Assembly: GCA_002869265.1 (NCBI GenBank)
Contig: PKTH01000003.1
Coordinates: 8,190 to 72,189 of the forward strand
DNA length: 64,000 nt
Source: Candidatus Parcubacteria bacterium
Lineage (GTDB): Bacteria; Patescibacteriota; Patescibacteriia; Patescibacteriales; BM507
Direction: 5' to 3'
Shown one piece after another: positions 61,397 to 64,000 of this stretch. Made by a program: the position numbers and the translations under genes. The notes below the pieces were generated by a model. It saw only the letters and a list, made by a program, of their open reading frames with translations. It had not been told where the DNA came from and made no database searches. Position 1 is the first letter of the stretch, and each line of letters begins with the position of its first letter.

Positions 61397-62086
61397 CTAC
61401 ACTTTCTGAAGGTATGCTACTAAAAAATTCCTTTTATAGCTCTGATTACCAAATTTAGTGTAACCACTTTCCTTAACTATTTTTAGTATTTTAAAATATT
61501 TTGAATACATTTCCTCGAACTCCACCCTAGAAAAAACTCTTTCAATCAGGCCAAGTTCGGGCATTTTATAAGTATTATACTCAGGACCAGGAAAATTTTT
61601 TACTAGATTTTTGGCATTTTTATCACCATCTATACAAAGTGCTCTTACAAAGAAACACCCACCCGGCCTTAAAATTCTATGGACCTCTGATATAAAAACA
61701 TTTCTTCCCTTCTCATCAAGAGAATTTGAACTAGTAACATCTATGACTAGATCAAAAGAAGAATCCTCAAACCACTGCTTTTCTGAAAGATCTGAAACAA
61801 AATAATCAATTTTTAAATCATTTTCTTTTGCTCTTTTTTTTGCTTCCCCTATAGCAGAGTGAGATATATCAGAAGCATAAACATCAAAACCAAGTTTTGA
61901 AAGATAGTTTGAATTCCTCCCAGTACCGCAACCCGCATCAAACGCCTTTTGGCCATGAAAATCTTTTGTAAAAATTTTTTTATAAAACTTTAAAAACCGC
62001 AAGAATGTAGCTTGAGGTTCATTGTGTTTAGTTATTAGCTGGGGCCTGCCATGATATTCCTTTTCCCAGACTTCTGCCTGTGTCAT
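61397..62086 (-). CDS. Class I SAM-dependent methyltransferase
   Basis: Motif I AFDAGCGTGRNS; LRPGG. Confidence 0.8.
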   Translation of the reverse strand: MTQAEVWEKEYHGRPQLITKHNEPQATFLRFLKFYKKIFTKDFHGQKAFDAGCGTGRNSNYLSKLGFDVYASDISHSAIGEAKKRAKENDLKIDYFVSDLSEKQWFEDSSFDLVIDVTSSNSLDEKGRNVFISEVHRILRPGGCFFVRALCIDGDKNAKNLVKNFPGPEYNTYKMPELGLIERVFSRVEFEEMYSKYFKILKIVKESGYTKFGNQSYKRNFLVAYLQKV

Positions 62087-62378
62087 ATTTTGAAAAAAAT
62101 GTTACTCCTTTTTTCACTTGCACTGATGTTGGGACCCCTCCACCTTTTCTAATCTCCTTTGATATATGCTTTATGGTGGTCTGCGGTCTAGTTTTTCTTA
62201 TAAGCTCAGGTTTTTGAGGGTCTTTTACACAATATAGAAAACCCTTTAGCTTCTTTTTGCCTCCTACAACAATAGATCTAACAACTATTTTCTTTTGCTG
62301 GTCGTCAACCTCCTCTTTTTGGATATGAACTTTTCTTTCCCCGTTTTTTGTTAGTTTATGTCTAGGTTTTTTTCTCAA
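62028..62378 (-). CDS. Hypothetical highly basic protein (TTG start)
   Basis: AAAGGAGG 6 nt before the TTG. K/R-rich 116 aa. The 3' end overlaps the methyltransferase start by 59 nt. Confidence 0.45.
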   Translation of the reverse strand: MRKKPRHKLTKNGERKVHIQKEEVDDQQKKIVVRSIVVGGKKKLKGFLYCVKDPQKPELIRKTRPQTTIKHISKEIRKGGGVPTSVQVKKGVTFFSKYDTGRSLGKGISWQAPANN

Positions 62379-62412
62379 TTAAACCTCCTTTAAAGAACTA
62401 AAATTTGTTAAT

Positions 62413-63174
62413 TTATTTTCTTATCTCATATAAAAAAATAGAAACCGCACTAGAAACATTTAAAGACTCAATCTTCTCAGAAATCTGTATATTTAACTTA
62501 TTTTGCGCTAAAGCTGTTACCTCTTTATCAACCCCGTGACTCTCTGATCCAAAAACCAAAACATATTTCTCAGGGAATGAAAAGTTAGATATTTTTTCTC
62601 CCACGGAAACATCAGAAACATAAATAGGCATAAATGTAGTTTTGAGAAAATTTAAATCATTGTCCTTCTCAACCCTAACCTTAAAGATACTATCCTTTGA
62701 CGCGCTAATTGTCTTAGGATTATAGATATCTGCACATTTAGCATCACAAACTATATTTTCAAATCCAAAGGCTACGCAAGTTCTTAATATCGTCCCCAGG
62801 TTCCCGGGATCACTAACACCATTCAGATATATCACTGATTTTTCAGTATTGACTTTTTTTTCTGAAATTCCAAATACAGCTACAAGTCCTGATGGTGTAT
62901 CCAGACTAGATACATGTTTGTTTATCTTGGTATCTATAACATATATTTTATTTTCATCTACTCTTTCTTTGATATATTCGTACTTGTCTGCGTCCTTTGT
63001 AATAAATATTTTAGTTAAGTATACCTCCTCTGGTTCCTCTCCACTCTCAAGTGCGTCTTTTAAAATAACAAAATTTTCCACCAAAAATAAAGCATATTGT
63101 TCTCTATACTTTTTTAAACTTAGCTTTTTAAGCTTTTTTATTTTTTGATTTTCTAGACTTGAAATGTTTTCCAT
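62413..63174 (-). CDS. TrmH/SpoU-family RNA 2'-O-methyltransferase
   Basis: DPGNLGTILRT, VFGSESHGV, ESLNVSSAVSIFLYE. Confidence 0.85.
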   Translation of the reverse strand: MENISSLENQKIKKLKKLSLKKYREQYALFLVENFVILKDALESGEEPEEVYLTKIFITKDADKYEYIKERVDENKIYVIDTKINKHVSSLDTPSGLVAVFGISEKKVNTEKSVIYLNGVSDPGNLGTILRTCVAFGFENIVCDAKCADIYNPKTISASKDSIFKVRVEKDNDLNFLKTTFMPIYVSDVSVGEKISNFSFPEKYVLVFGSESHGVDKEVTALAQNKLNIQISEKIESLNVSSAVSIFLYEIRK

Positions 63175-63252
63175 GTATATATAATACCTTATTGTTTTTT
63201 AAAATAATAGACCCAAAAGTACACATTAATCTGTGCTTTTTTATTAAATCTT

Positions 63253-63972
63253 TTACAAGCTTATTTTCTTATACTTATGGAAAAAATCGTCGTTAACAAC
63301 AGGGCTAATAGTGTAACCGATTGTTTTTGTATTTTGACGAATTTCTACATAATCAACACCAAGTTCTGTGAGCATATTACCTATATCACTAATTGAATTG
63401 TTTTCTAGATCAAAGAACTGCACATCCCTATCTCCATGAAGCCAGTCATAAAGCTCTGGTTCAAGTTTGTTCGTATTTCCATTAACTTTTTTTATACACC
63501 TAGAGAGAAGGTTTGTAGATGACTTTATCCCAATATTTACCAAAGCACTTTTCTTAACCGAACTTTTCTTAATCAAAAAATTCATAGTAAATCTCTTTTT
63601 GATTATACCCAGAGTTACACCCGGGATAGCCATGCCTACTATACCTACAACTAGATTTTTTGCCTGTTCATCTTCATATGATTTTGACCAGGATATTAAA
63701 GGGGCCAAAGCCTCCTCATTTTCAAGCTCTAATAACCAATCAAATTTTCTGATTGCCATATCAGTTGAAGACGGCATTAAAACATAAGCATATTCTCCAG
63801 CTTTAACATTTTTACTAAATTTAAAATCTCTGCCAAGAAACTTCTCTGAAATGTATTTTGCTAGAGTTTTGTCTTCTTTAGCAGCTAAGACAATAGCTGA
63901 ACTTAAATTGCTCAAATATTTATCTTTTTGAGCAACTTTCTTTTTTGTATAAGTCTTATTATTTTTTTTCAT
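63253..63972 (-). CDS. Hypothetical protein
   Basis: 239-aa ORF; no domain recognised. Confidence 0.45.
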   Translation of the reverse strand: MKKNNKTYTKKKVAQKDKYLSNLSSAIVLAAKEDKTLAKYISEKFLGRDFKFSKNVKAGEYAYVLMPSSTDMAIRKFDWLLELENEEALAPLISWSKSYEDEQAKNLVVGIVGMAIPGVTLGIIKKRFTMNFLIKKSSVKKSALVNIGIKSSTNLLSRCIKKVNGNTNKLEPELYDWLHGDRDVQFFDLENNSISDIGNMLTELGVDYVEIRQNTKTIGYTISPVVNDDFFHKYKKISL

Positions 63973-64000
63973 ATAATTAATTTACTTATATTTATGATTT

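Noticed and set aside
1-64000. Alternative genetic code (UGA recoding as in some CPR lineages).
   Set aside because: Conserved genes end at TGA, TAA or TAG at the expected lengths (for example, the response regulator stops at TGA), and no conserved protein is interrupted by an in-frame TGA.

Overview
AT-rich (about one-third GC by eye), tightly packed bacterial chromosomal segment with about 78 supportable CDS and one tRNA-Lys(UUU). I found no rRNA, CRISPR array, transposase or prophage. The content looks like a reduced-genome fermentative bacterium, probably Patescibacteria/CPR-like; that placement is inference from the gene set and architecture. The gene set includes a [FeFe]-hydrogenase operon, many secreted or envelope proteins, ribosomal proteins with charged extensions, a truncated AlaRS, and no biosynthetic operons. 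Main blocks: rpsB-tsf-PSP1; gap-nuoF-like-hydA operon; cca; a long ppiase..sufS..uppS operon; rarA and malic enzyme; rplU; dnaB-ybaB-recR; lexA plus small-ORF cassette; response regulator plus HlyD/MacB-type ABC exporter; gltX; an M23 peptidase; xer; ftsQ-ddl; a lysS(HD)-CYTH-Nudix-NDT-like cluster; greA; an envelope glycan cluster (Wzx, two glycosyltransferases, DUF192, O-antigen-ligase-like); and the infA-rpmJ-rpsM-rpsK-rpsD-rpoA-rplQ-rplM-rpsI cluster. Observations I rate highest: (1) rpoA lacks the alpha C-terminal domain and ends in an acidic tandem repeat plus a canonical AT-hook. A separate 350-aa protein at the other end of the window carries a clear alphaCTD-like domain fused to HTH and sigma-region-4-like modules. 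(2) Gene orientation converges on a 700-bp non-coding gap next to xer that contains a dif-like 28-mer, so this is a probable replication terminus. (3) lysS is fused to an HD hydrolase and translationally linked to CYTH, Nudix and NDT-like genes. (4) GAPDH is translationally coupled to a minimal NuoF-like/HydA hydrogenase module. (5) A single-TM 47-aa ORF and an operator-like palindrome lie beside lexA. All calls rest on reading the supplied translations and DNA by eye; no searches were run.
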